A stretch of DNA of 64,000 bases from Nymphaea colorata (Eukaryota). This document shows, one piece after another, positions 13,509-26,009 of this stretch. The stretch spans positions 32,178,001 through 32,242,000 of the forward strand of contig NC_045138.2 in NCBI RefSeq assembly GCF_008831285.2. The letters run 5' to 3'. Position 1 is the first letter of the stretch, and the number at the start of each line of letters is the position of its first letter. Position numbers and translations under genes: made by a program. The notes beneath the pieces are model-generated. The model was not told the DNA's origin, made no database searches, and saw nothing but the letters and a program-made list of their open reading frames with translations.

Positions 13509-15532
13509 GTTTTGTGGCTCCGTTTCTTCCTTCTTCTTCTTCTTCTTCTTCTCGACTCTGCTAGATCTCTCAGGTGAACTGTACAAAGAAAAAAAAGAAA
13601 GTTGAAGTGAGCAGATGCGTGTTACGATGACAATTGGTTGTCATTTTTCCCGAGAATGAATAGCGTTTGATAAGTGGGGATATTCTTTGACTGTCTGTTG
13701 TCTCTCAAGAGATTTTGACAATTGCTCGTCATTTTTTTCCGATTAGGAGAGCAATTAGTGTTTGACAGGTAGGAATATTCATATTTATCATTTAGCGTAC
13801 TTGGGTAGTTGTTTGATAGGCAAAAATACTCTTCAGCGTGAAACTATGTTTTAAAAAACAAGTTCTGTATGCCCCTCAATGCATATAACAAGTGTGCCCG
13901 ATGTGAACATATTTACCACACTTCTCCTCTTTTTTTTCATAATGTGCGAGAGCTGATAAAATAGGAATCTATACTAAAATTTGAGGACAAAAAGTCTCCA
14001 ATTATAATAACAAACCGCATTTACAATGTGTGAGAGAGCATAGATAACAAATCCAACCCCTCAATGATAAATAGGGATATCCTAAATAGGCCGAAACCCG
14101 TCACCCTTTTCCTTGCCTCGGGTCCAATGAATTCATTTATGAGGAGGGCCACCTCAGACAATTATTCTTCCACTCAAACTAGCTTTTACCATTTGAGTTG
14201 GTGATTTTCACAGTTAATGCAAGCGAGAAAAGATATTCAAGCAATCAAACAACCCCTAAAAAAAAGGAAAAGAAAAAAATGTCTACTTTGTAGATATTAG
14301 ACCTGTGTGGAAGCTTAGATATAAAGCCGGCGATGCTCGTTTTAGCGGAGGGCGGTGGGTGTTCGGATCGGACGCAGACAAGCTACTAGGCAACCGTGTT
14401 CGGGACATTTAGGTGTTTGCAATAAGGAATTTCTTTCACCTTTCCATTTTTCATTTTTGTCCTTAAGGAGGTGTTCCTACTCTTTTTAACATTTTTCCCT
14501 GTTAGGAATATTTTAATCATTTCATGCGTACCAACACTTTCCTTTTTTTTTTTTTTTTTTATTTATTGAGGGTCCGAACCATTGTATGGATGTAAACCGT
14601 TTGGATCGGATCCAATGATCCAAAAACAACCGAGAATCAGATTCATTGAAAGATTTTCTTGGTGGCTTTGGTTTGTGCAGCTCACGTTCACACCTCGTTT
14701 GGATTTGGATGACTTTTCTTGGTCTCAAACAGGCAGCTGTCGCTAACCAGTGATGTTCATAGTTCCGTGTTCATCGCCATATTCTTCCGTGTCTTCAACC
14801 ATCATCATTATTAGTTTTGGACAAGTATTACTTGACAACATATTCGTCATCCGAGGGATTGATGCAACGGTGTGAAATGAGGATTGGTTGGTGGTCAATT
14901 TTTATTTTGAGTGTCAAGGACCTCAACCTCCTGTGCTGCAAAAATGAGATCATCGCGCAACTTGAAGCGCAGATGACCCTTGGAGACACCGAAAACATGC
15001 CCTGTACCTTGGGAAGATGGGGTTTGAGTGAGAGTTTTGATTCTCTATTGGGCGGTGTGTGTTCCCCGCTCACCTGGATCACATACTACACCCTTTTGAT
15101 AAACTGGGACTTCATATAAATTAAATAGGAAAACCAATTGATTTTTTTCGTACCCATTAGGTTGCTAACGGCGTTTGATGCACCCATTAAAACCAATTTG
15201 AGGTTGCCGTACAAATTTCACCCGATGCACAGGGCCAATCAAATTTCTAAAAAACCACGTTAAATTCTTTCATGCCATCAAACAGGCCCTAAAATAAAAA
15301 GAAAATGTGTCTTGCATGTTTGTAATTTTTGCATCCCTAATGCATGAATCAAGTTAGAACTCCCATCTTTGAGACATCTGAATTTGAGGGACAATGGAGA
15401 TTTTGAACTCATGATTCTTGAATAAGTAGAATCTGTCGCAATCAAACACTTATCGAGGTTTAGCTGGAATCAAATTCCAGAGAATATAAATGCTAGCGCC
15501 ATCAAATCAAACTCTACTATTCACAATCTTAA

Positions 15533-15680
15533 TGGGTCGTTTGGCTGTAGGGATACTATGTGATTATCTCATGATTGCCCCAGAGACTGGGATAGGTTCA
15601 TTGAACACTAAAATTAGTGTGTCATGAATATGCTCTAATCATCATATGCTCACATAGTGTCCCTACTATCAAACAACCCC
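15533..15680. mobile_element. Tourist-like (PIF/Harbinger) MITE
   Basis: About 30-bp imperfect TIRs (TGGGTCGTTTGGCTGTAGGGATACTATGTG vs reverse complement GGGGTTGTTTGATAGTAGGGACACTATGTG). Flanks are TAA / TAC. Confidence 0.7.
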
Positions 15681-16517
15681 TACGGCTAAATTTGTTTTCC
15701 CTTGGATATCAAATCAATACTGCATGGTTTCATAACTCAAATCCATAGAACCGACATCCGCCGCCTAAGCTTCAGTCAACATATCAAGAAAAAAAAATGG
15801 AATTGGAAATCCTAATAATTGAAGACAAACTATGACCATGAAAAATTGAAGGTGGAAACTCATGGCTAGCCTAATAAGCCAATGGATAAAACTAAAGGAC
15901 AAAACTCTAGGATTTTTGCCTTCACATGTTGAAAGGAACAATATATAACTGAGATGACTAGTCCCTATTTGGGTCTTTTTCTTTTTTTTGTTGAGATTTA
16001 TATTGTGCAATTGACTGAGTGCACATGATTGAATGAACATGGGTACAAAAAAACTTTTTCATTTTCTTATTTCATGCTTCCATGAAAAGCAAGTGGATGC
16101 AGTGAGACCCCTGTTATCTGATGCAACCCTTCTATTTAAAAACTATAGGTTTATTTTAAAGCTTTCTCTGCACAAGATAGTGCACCAAACTGAAGCAAAA
16201 GGAATCTTTCATTTTTCTGATTTTATGTGAGAAGTGATTAGCATTAGGGATGTATAGTTTGTGAGTAGAGGTTGTTCTCAACAAAATTGGGTCTACGAAA
16301 CCGTTCAGTTTGGCAATTGGATCTTGAGTCCAAAATTAGTAGAAATAAAGCCGCGGGTTTGGTATGAGATCACTCATTTTGGCAATTGGATCTTGACCCT
16401 CCAAAATTAATAGAAACAAAGCCATGGAGTTTGGATCTTGCCCCATCCATGTCTTTCAAGTCCCATGGGCATCGTCCTTATGCAAGCTAAAGCTAGTGGT
16501 ACCTTATGCCATCATAA

Positions 16518-16673
16518 AGGGTTGTTCAGAAATAGTAATAAGATGTTACTTTTCTACATATTTGTTCAAAAAATTGAAATTGAAGCAGATTCGCAGTATA
16601 TTTTTTGAATCGTTCCATTTTTAAGGCAGATACATGAAACAATAACATTCTGTTACTATTCTCAAACCGGCCC
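16518..16673. mobile_element. Tourist-like (PIF/Harbinger) MITE
   Basis: Imperfect TIRs of about 30 bp (GGGTTGTTCAGAAATAGTAATAAGATGTTA / TAACATTCTGTTACTATTCTCAAACCGGCCC) flanked by TAA on both sides. Confidence 0.65.
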
Positions 16674-19559
16674 TAAAAGACCTCAGACCATTGGACTTCT
16701 AAGCCAATTTGGGATGCCCGTGGATCGAGGAGGAGATAAAGTAGGAAGATCAATATCCAATAAATACTGAAATTCTTGGATCTCCTATTCAGTTGCAACC
16801 AAAGTCATCTTCTAAAAAAACAGGGCCAAATGATCATGCATGTACTTAGGCGTGGCTTTAGGATCCAATCTTTCCAGAGTTAGAACATTCCGAGTCATCT
16901 GGATCTGGATCTTTAAAAACTGAACTCAAATCCAAATACTAATGCTTTCTTTTTATCAGCTTAGCATTTAAGGCTCAGAATTTGATGAACATGGGATCGT
17001 GGGTCCAATTCCCCATGCACGGGCATCCATTGGGGCAGAAAACTAAGAAAACAGAGAAAGTGCCTACTTGCTTAGCAAATTCAAGCAAGTCAGAACAGTT
17101 ACGAACGAAACAATTAATTTTTCAAGAGCCCGATTCAAAGTCCACACAAAGATTAAGAGCATATGACCAAGTGACACGCTCCTAACAAAGAACAACACAA
17201 CAATCTTCTTGGTGATACATGTCTACATATATAATTGGGTTGTACTTTACAATCTATGCTGCTTTGATTTGTTTTTGTCAAACGCCCATAAATCAATCTT
17301 TCTTTGTGTATCTTAACAAAAAACAAACGTTTTTTTGGATCCCTAAAAGATTTGCTGCGTTCTTTGAGAAGTAGTATAAATAGAGTTTTAGTTGGAAAGA
17401 GTTGGATAGATATGGGCTAAGGTAAAGCTATACAGTGTCTCGAATCTTTGGGAAATGTGATTTGGGGTAACTCTCAAGTAGATTCTTGCGTAGCTGTGCA
17501 ATGATAAACTCAAGACAGAGAGTGGAATGGACGGGAAAAGATTTTTGAGAGGAGTGAAGCCCAAGCTGCAAGATGTTAATTGAAAACATTTTACTTTTGA
17601 TAAATGACAAACATTAATTGCTATTGTCTTGGCAATCTTAGCTATTATGTTCTCTTCTTCCATTTAGACATCATATATGTTATTGTGCAGCGAAAAAGGT
17701 TCAATGTTTACATCGTTGAAGACTAGAAGATACAATCAAGAGTACAGTTGGAAAGCCATTAAAGACTGATAAAATTTTTACAAAATTTAGGTATCTAGGC
17801 AAGTGATTTAATTCAACGCCTTCAAGAAGAAGGATAACAATATGTTGATACCCAAAAGGCATTTTTTTTTAAACTCAAGTGGGAGAAAGAAATGGAGAAG
17901 GATTGGTACTGATTAAGTTTGTTGTCATAGTTCTTAGATTTTTTTGAAATTGAAACCAAAACTACTAGGAGACGGGCTGGGATTCGTTAGCAGGGTTGTT
18001 AGAGTGAGAGGCATGTAGCGCTATCAAGGGCAACTGCATGCCAATCTGGTTCTGAAATTTCTCTGCACATGATTCAGATTCAATTTGGCAATGCCCATCC
18101 TTCTTGTACTGCAACTGCGAATCCCTTAGTGGAAGGAGGAAGATAGAGAAGGTAAAAAGAGATGAAAATGAAGCCTTGTCCTACCATTTTCCGGCGAATC
18201 ACCTCTGCCGCCTTCTAAAGTCACTGATGTCATGTTTTGGACGTTCATCCCAAATTTAGATTTCTGGCTCTGCCACTGAGGAAACGTGCATGAAGCATTT
18301 CAACCTCAGGCTGGCTTCAACATGTGCAAAGAATTCCATTCTTTCCGTCATTTTAAAGAGAGAGCCTTCGCTTCCTCTTTGATTGCATGGAACAAGGAGA
18401 GAAAACAAAAGCCTGTGATATGGAGTTCGGGTTTATACATCCAGGGTCAGGCCTTGAACTATGAGAATTCTCCAAAGTTTCTAATCATTTAGGGTGTGTT
18501 TGTTTCACTGTAGATTTGATATCTGCTGTGATCTAAGATCACTAGGATCTTAGATCTGTAAGGTTAGACACCCCCAATCGAGCCTTACGTTAGGCCGTGA
18601 ATTCAAAATCCGTGCTATTAAGATTTTACAATGCATACCTTTTAACGATTTGAGATCTGAGGCTCTCAAACACTACGAAAAAGAGAAAAGAAACTTGGTG
18701 GAGCGGAGATATGACAAGATTATTATATATTCTTAGTTACCTGGATTCCACCATTGCCTCCCATTTCGTAGTGAATCTTACCTTTTCTCCATGTTGGGGC
18801 AATCATTTAACTTTCCAACAAGCTGGTGGGCTAAGAATTTCTATCTGTTGTCCTTTGCAGATGCTGGAAGAAAGTGTGAGCATAGTGCTCGAGCGTCCAT
18901 AGACATGTACAATCATTTTCTTTTTCATTCATTAGAAAAGAAAGAAAGTTTCATCGAGGATTCAATGTTGCTCTTGTACTCAAAAGAGGGTTCACATGTC
19001 TGAACTTGAGATATGAATCAAGACCAGCTTCTCTGCAGCTTCTGCAGAATGACCTCAAGTTACAGTCTGCCATCTTAGGAATAATAATCTTTTAAAGTAG
19101 TCGATCTTGTTCTTGAAAGATGAGAAAACTATATATCACAGGTTGGGAGGACTTTGTTTGAACGAATTGCTGTGGGGAACTTAATTTTGTATAAAAACTC
19201 GAAAACTAGAGCTACACTGTATCAGAAAATTCAGAAAATACGTCTATTCTTTACGATTAGGAGGCAAAATGCTAGCACTTAAGGAAAATTACCCAAAACA
19301 ATATAATGTTTTCATGATCATCATTACCAGTATGTATTTTAAATAACCCTTTGAAGAACGGAGAAAATCTCTTGGAGATTCAGTCACTTGATGAGGCCAT
19401 TATATCTTATAATAACGACCTCGCTTGAGTTCGCCAGATCCATAAGATTTCATTGGGACCCAACTCAAGAAATCGATGGGGCATGCTGTTAGATATGCTT
19501 TGCATCTAGTGGCACTTTGCTGCTTAAGATTGCTAAATCTATTAGCTCTCGTTGTACCC

Positions 19560-20200
19560 AACTCAAGAAACCAGTGGGGCATGCTGCTCTCCTGCAGGAT
19601 TATACATGGCATTTTATTTCATAAATTCTTGAAGTAGTTGGTTGCATGTAATCTGAGCTCTTCTTTATATATACTTTAATTTTAGATCCTGACCTTGTCG
19701 GTGCTGTGTTTGCTGAAACCTTATGCATTCCATACTGATGAAGGAGAGACTATTAAGCATCTATTTTGGGACTGCCCGATTATACAGCATCTATACCAGA
19801 CATCATGTTATACAATCAAATACTATATCTTCTAGATCTAAGTAAACTTGTCCTCAAGGTCATTTGGCATTAGGAACAGCGTGTGGGTGTTCTATGATCA
19901 GCCCCAAATTTATTCTATGAGGTATTGGTAAGGAGGCATTCTGTTGTCCGGTACACATCATTACGGGGCCAACATGCTGTTGGTTTAGAAGGAAGCCGCT
20001 TACTATGGCATACATGGACTTTCAGACTTGGTGGAAACTAGTGTGTGCTCAGAATGACGCATTTCACTGCGTGGCATTAAGGTTGACACAAGTCGAATTG
20101 CTAAGAAAGTTCTACGTGATGTTGCTTCTCTTATCAAAGGACTTCAACCGGCTGTAAGATTCTGCTTCGTACATTTTTGTGCCTTCCTAACTGCCTGCTG
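19560..20200 (+). mobile_element. Decayed L1-like LINE 3' fragment (zf-RVT region)
   Basis: EGETIKHLFWDCPIIQHL at about 19740-19793 matches the E-T-x-x-H-L-F-x-x-C zinc-knuckle end of plant L1 ORF2. A downstream LLWHTW resembles the W-x-I-W motif. Frames are broken and boundaries approximate. Confidence 0.65.
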
Positions 20201-20345
20201 AGAGGTCTTCAAATGAAATGTCATGAGATGACTCTATGCTCTCTTGCTCCAAGGGGCTTAGAGTAGTTGGTCAGGTTGATGGGCAGGTCGTAAACCTGTC
20301 ATCAGTTAGTTTCTATGGACAATAGCGCTCGCCCCCCACCCCCCA

Positions 20346-20372
20346 ACACACACACACACACACACACACACA
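20346..20372. repeat. (CA)n microsatellite
   Basis: Directly visible. Confidence 0.9.
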
Positions 20373-21339
20373 CCATCTTTAAGAGAAGCAACTGGACTTC
20401 GATTGATTTCAACCGCAAAATATGCTTCAAGGTAGATGACTTACACCGTAGACTGAAAAATTTTTCCATGAAATGGGACGAGACAAACTATTATATGGTG
20501 AATAACTGCACCTATAAACGTATGGAGTACGGGTATTGTCACCGATGTGGATGGCAGACCTCTAGTTAGTATGGAGAGCAGGTAGACGCCGGTTCAACTA
20601 TTGCTTTGAAGGATTCTTTTCGTGGACATTGAACTCGCGGCAGCCAAAGCACCTGGTGACACACAAGTGACCTCAAACAGATGAGCAGTCTTTGCAGAAC
20701 GATGGAAACGTGAAGTTGAAATGCTTTCTGATATTAAACAGCCCGGAAAGTTCTTATCGAGCTGCTTGATTCTCAGTTGTGTAATTCAAATATGAACTGA
20801 ACTGGGCTAAAGGGTGTGTACATAATACCGGCATGAAAGTTACTTGTGACCGTGAAACTAACCATCTTTCATGTCGTGTGCAAAGCAGTCACTTTAAAAA
20901 TAGAAATATTTCGTACATGAAAACACATCAACCACGAGGTAAACCCTTGGGTTTTATAACTAGATTGCTCCTATATGATGATTCTTGTTAAAAAATGGCA
21001 AGTATAATTCAGAAATAGAGACAGAGAGGGAGGACAAATAATTGGTAAGATATATTAAGGGAGAATATTATATTGGTACACTCAACACTGATAACAGACA
21101 AGACATGCAGGTGCATGACAAGGTAACAGCCGGAAATGAAAAAGCCTCGTACGAAATGGGAGGGTACTCATCCTTCTCACTCATTTTAAAAGCCAAGTTT
21201 CAGTAAGCGCCATCAATCAGTGCAAAATAAATCTGGGAGACAATCAGACAACATATAGAAGAAAACATTTCCTTGAATTTGGAAGTTGCCCATTAAAATG
21301 AGAGTGAGGCTGTCTTGAGGACGATTGTCTAAAATGGAT

Positions 21340-24300
21340 TCACTGTATGACACAGCTGCAACCTCGACCATCATCATCTTCATCCTCCGATTCATTCATT
21401 TCACTGGTAGATCAAGAACAAAAAATTAGAAATTGGGGGTGCGATCGGTATGTTGATAAACAGGTACAAATATGGTTACAAGATAATGCAAAGTTCTGCA
21501 ACTCTTATGAGGCTAGGAAATGGATGGAATGGTTATCTTAGATATTTTGAAAGAAAAAGAATCAAAAGATCACATAAACCAGGTACCAGCATTCTCTATC
21601 ACGAGATTATATTCTGAAAGTAGGAATTAAAGTGTGAGGAGTACAATGAGAAGTTGTTGGCCTTTGAGCCAGATGGTGCCTACTTCTAACAGTAAGTTGT
21701 CCATGGTAGACACCGAGATGGATTCCACACCATGCTGCTTCATGTTAAGAATACTACATTTTAAGAGTCAGCACCCTTCCAATGATGTGTCTTATAATGC
21801 TCCAAACGAAAACAAAATTAGCTCGCTTGAAAACCCAAAGAAATAGTCATAGAACAACAAAAAACTAAGATAATGAAGCAAGGAAAGCAGCATGCTTCTC
21901 CGCAACGACCATATCTGTCTTCTATAAGAAGCAAGGAGGCAACGCAACACTGAAGAATGACCATAATCTATATTCTACACATACAGAAGAACAAATAATA
22001 CATCCTGAACCTTGACATGCTCTGACCGTGAATTTTGTAACTAGTGCAAGCGGGGCTTGGTCAGAGGCTGTGAAGGAGGCAAAGCATGGTTCACATTGGA
22101 GAAGGTACTGCAAATTTATCATATATCTACCCAACTTCCACACTGATACCAAAAGGATTATTAACAGTAATACTACACCAAAAAGTTCTAGCAACGCTGC
22201 ACCTTAGAAAGCCATTTTTCACTTGAACATTAACAGAACTGGTATACATAACTTCCAATATATAGAGAGCCATTCAATCTAGACCCATATCTCCACAGGG
22301 CCATAAGGATCATGGGATATTACCAGACCCACAAGGTGTCATGTTCTAGCACAGGATGTGTGCTGGAAATGGAAAACCCTTTACTGCTTCAACCACAACA
22401 GACCTAGTACTATATGAAGAAAAATTTCCAAGACAGAAAAGCCAGAACAGCGGCGTATCAGAAAGATGGCAGGATCACATACATCAGGAAGAAAATAACT
22501 CTTCCATTAGAGAGAGCTGCATAGGATGTTCTGCTCTTCAACTTCTTGTACTTTAAATTGCTTTCTTGGGTTTTCAAATCTTTTGTGTTTCCCCTTCAAG
22601 AGATAAAAATACAGTTGTTCCTTGCAAAACTCAAACAACAATGGGACTTGCATTATGTAGTTTACAGTAAATCCTTACTTTATTCAATATTCAGCTGCTG
22701 GATATATTATCTCAGTGTCCACTGTCCAGTATACAACTACCAGTTGCCTCAACTCTCCATTCTACATGAAAAACTACTAAATTTCAGAATTATCTAATAA
22801 TAGCTTATAAGTAGTCATGCCTAAATTGTAATTTCAAGTTGAAAAAATGATGAAGTAAAGAGAAATGATCATGTCTTTCAATCAACTTTATTATTTTTGT
22901 AACTTTGCGCATCAATATGAACAGTTGATAAACCATATTCGTTTACTCCAAGACACTCCAAGGTTTCAAATTTCTGCCCCCCTCTGTTCTTTTGCCTTTT
23001 CTGAGTCAGCTCACACCTTCCTATACCGTTCCTGATGATGTTGTAAACTTTCTATGGAAACAACTATAGACCTGCTTCTTCTCGTGTATCTGGTTTTAGT
23101 AAGCAATATCTCATCTCCCTATGCACTGCCTTTCTTGAACTTTCCTTGGGAAAGTTATGCTTGAATGATGTAAAAGTATGGCAGCCTTAGATGCTGGGAG
23201 CAAGAAGGAGGTTGGGGGCTTGGCTTCTTGTTAGAATGATGTAAAAGGGGGAAAAAAAATGAAAACAAACACGCAAACCTGAAAAAGTTGCATTCAATGC
23301 CGCACAATCTTTACCTAGATTACTGTTAAAGCAAATAGAAGAACAAAAATCTCACAGACTGAAAAAGGGAGCAAAAAATCAAGTTCAGAGTTTGGGAGCC
23401 TAGTACGCGAGAAAAGTAAAGAATTCTCTTAATCTATTGTATTATAATATTATCTGTCATAAGGCACCCAAAAGTGATGGCAAGACAGGCCAGGCCAGGC
23501 CAGGGGTTAAAGTGGGGCAAAGAGCTACATAGCAGGCAAACAAAGACAACGGTACTTGCTTCTCAAGAGAAAAAAAGAAAGAACAGAACTTATCAAATTT
23601 ATTTGACAGACTTCACACCCACACTAACATATCAATTATCATTGGTAAAAAGTATCTTGTTAACAGATAGTCAAGCATTGATGTACAACACATGCTTACC
23701 CATAGGTAATGCATGTTCTCTGCAGCTAGTTGAATTCTCCCTTTACTAGGTTTATTTTAAATGAATTTTTAGATATCTGTTTTGAAGGCACTATCTGAAC
23801 CACCATACAAAGTAACAGTTGTCATCATAACTAAGTCTTGTTCAGCTTTAGAGGTCACATTTTTTGTTTCTCCCCATTTATGGCGACAAGTTCTCCACTC
23901 TGCAATACATTATATCACCACCCAGGCACTTTCTCCATCCAAGCTTTCAAGACTTTTTTCTACTTTCTTAGTTTCTTCCAGTTTAACCATGTTCCGTCCT
24001 AAGCAACAGTAACAATGATCTTAGTTATTATTATGACCTTTCATTATCCCTTTTAGATCTTCAAAAGTCTTCCTTCATAGATTTAGTTTGCATGATAAAA
24101 TCCAGTAGTGGTGAATCTATAACCACTTGTAGCAGGGAACCTCTATAACTTTTTTTTTGTCCGTTAAAAGGAAAAAGCTCACATAAAAAACTCCCATTTA
24201 ATTGGATTGAACAATGCAAATTTCTGAATATGTAAATGCCTGTGCACACTGTTTTCTGACCAGCTCGTGAGCTATAGGCTTAATTGACGTTAAAAGTAAA

Positions 24301-26009
24301 CTGAAAACTTATAGAAGCTTTATTGTCTTCTTTTGTTCTGTTTCCTCCCTTAGAATATGGTAGAACCTTCTTGCTGCAAGTATTTACTGGAAAGGGTACC
24401 CCTTAAAGGTTATTGTGTCCAGTATTTTCATGAATTGCATGTGAAAGAGAACCACATCAGACAGGAGATTGTGATCCAAATGTGAAGGGATGCCATTCTT
24501 GATTCACAGCTTGCCTCAAAACTGGACAAATTACCATTTCTGCCTTTCATTCTCACATGATACACTACCATGACAGAGATGATCATTTACCATTTACAGT
24601 AAAAGGAGATTTTCCATCAGCGTGGCTATGATCTTCGGTTGTTCTCTTAAGAAAATGTACATAAGAGTCCCTAACCCGTCGTGTGCCAAGTAGGATCCCT
24701 TTGGTCGAATTGCAGTCTCTGCCGTAGAGCATGAAAAGTCAAAATTGAGTTCCCGAACAACAAGGGAGTACCTTTGCTCTTTTTCCACATTTCCGATTTC
24801 CCAATGGCCCAATGAGATATAAACCCTCAAGCATCTGAACCCACAGTCTAATCAGCCTCAAGAACCTTGCCCAAATGCATTCATGTTCCGGTCACTTTCA
24901 GCCATTTGACGATCAAGGCAGTTCATCAATCAAATCAGTAATAACTAACCGACTGGCAAACAAGCTACAAAATACATCTTGGCCGTCTGAAAAGAACACA
25001 TAAAACTTCATTGAAATGCTGAAGCGCAAAAGTTCAAACGGCACCTCTTCCAAAATGAAGATCTAACAGTAGTTCTTCTAGTATCATACAGTAACAAATT
25101 ACCCCAACTATAACCTCCAACTGGAATTATTCAATCCAAGTTCAACCAACTTGTTCTTCAGCTAAGATCACTAAGATATTAGTAGAATTCAGATCCTAAG
25201 CTCGCCTTTTCCCACGTTCTATAACAAGAGGAATTACTCTAAAAATCAAAACATGTACACATTCGCGACACCCGCATTTTGACTTAAAAGCGGGAGAAGA
25301 GATCGAAAATAAGAACATATCAAACGTAAAAAATTAGTCAGGTCACCAAAAAATAGACACAATAAGAGCAAAACTCATCCCCGAAGAGACCAAAAATTGG
25401 GCACCTTGGTTCGAATTCCCTGATCTCGGTAAGATCACGGCCCCAGCCGTCGGTCCACTGAACTTTCCTCTTCGCTGCAGTATCCAACACTGAGCTCTCG
25501 TCATTCTCCCCCTCAACTTCCTTAGCAGCAGGACCACCACCATCACTCCCACCGGCCGATGGCTTCTTTAGGCTACTCTTTTGAAAAACCTTTACACCCA
25601 GTTCGTCAACCCCGTCGGCTGTTCCCGCGATCACCCCGGACGGCGAGGTCGATGAGTACTCCTGCTGATGGACGACTGGCTCGACTTTGAGAGGCGAGGG
25701 TGGACCATCGAGGCCCGGTGGTGGTGGCCGGCCAAAGCAAAGAAAGGGCTTGCAAACCCGGCGGGTCTTCGCCCGGTGCTCGGCAGGAGCCAGCGGGTAC
25801 TCGGCGGTGATCTCCTCCTGTGAAACCAATTGATACTGGCGGTTCCAGGGAAGCACTCTCATGGGACTGTCGTCCGTCCAACCCCTCCTCCTCCTCCTCC
25901 TACGACGACGACGACCACCACCACCGATCCAGAAGAGAAGTAAGGCAAGGCCCTTGGAGTACCCGGAAGCTGACGAGGAGATGAACCCTCCTTCCACTGA
26001 GATTAGCAT
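21340..26009 (-). CDS. Two-exon uncharacterised conserved plant protein (about 222 aa) with KSSLKK, RKVQW and C-terminal CaaX (CVIQ)
   Basis: Exon 1 26009-25405 (MLISVEGGFISSSASGYSKGLALLL...KSSLKK...KRKVQWTDGWGRDLTEIREFEP, donor AG|GTGC). Exon 2 21403-21340 after acceptor CCAG gives SEMNESEDEDDDGRGCSCVIQ*. Phases match (2+1). Resembles a recalled Arabidopsis unknown-protein family (At1g22790/At1g34010-like; not verified). Confidence 0.9.
21950..22800 (-). mobile_element. Possible decayed LINE 3' fragment in the intron
   Basis: Minus-strand peptides LFWLFCLGN...KGFPFPAHILC and LLVSVWKLGR loosely resemble the zf-RVT and W-x-x-W-K motifs of L1 ORF2. Weak. Confidence 0.3.

Noticed and set aside
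14320..15120. GC-richer patch with TATA-like ATATAAA, splice-like sites and a hairpin near 14911-14989
   Set aside because: No coherent ORF or known RNA motif; too weak to call.
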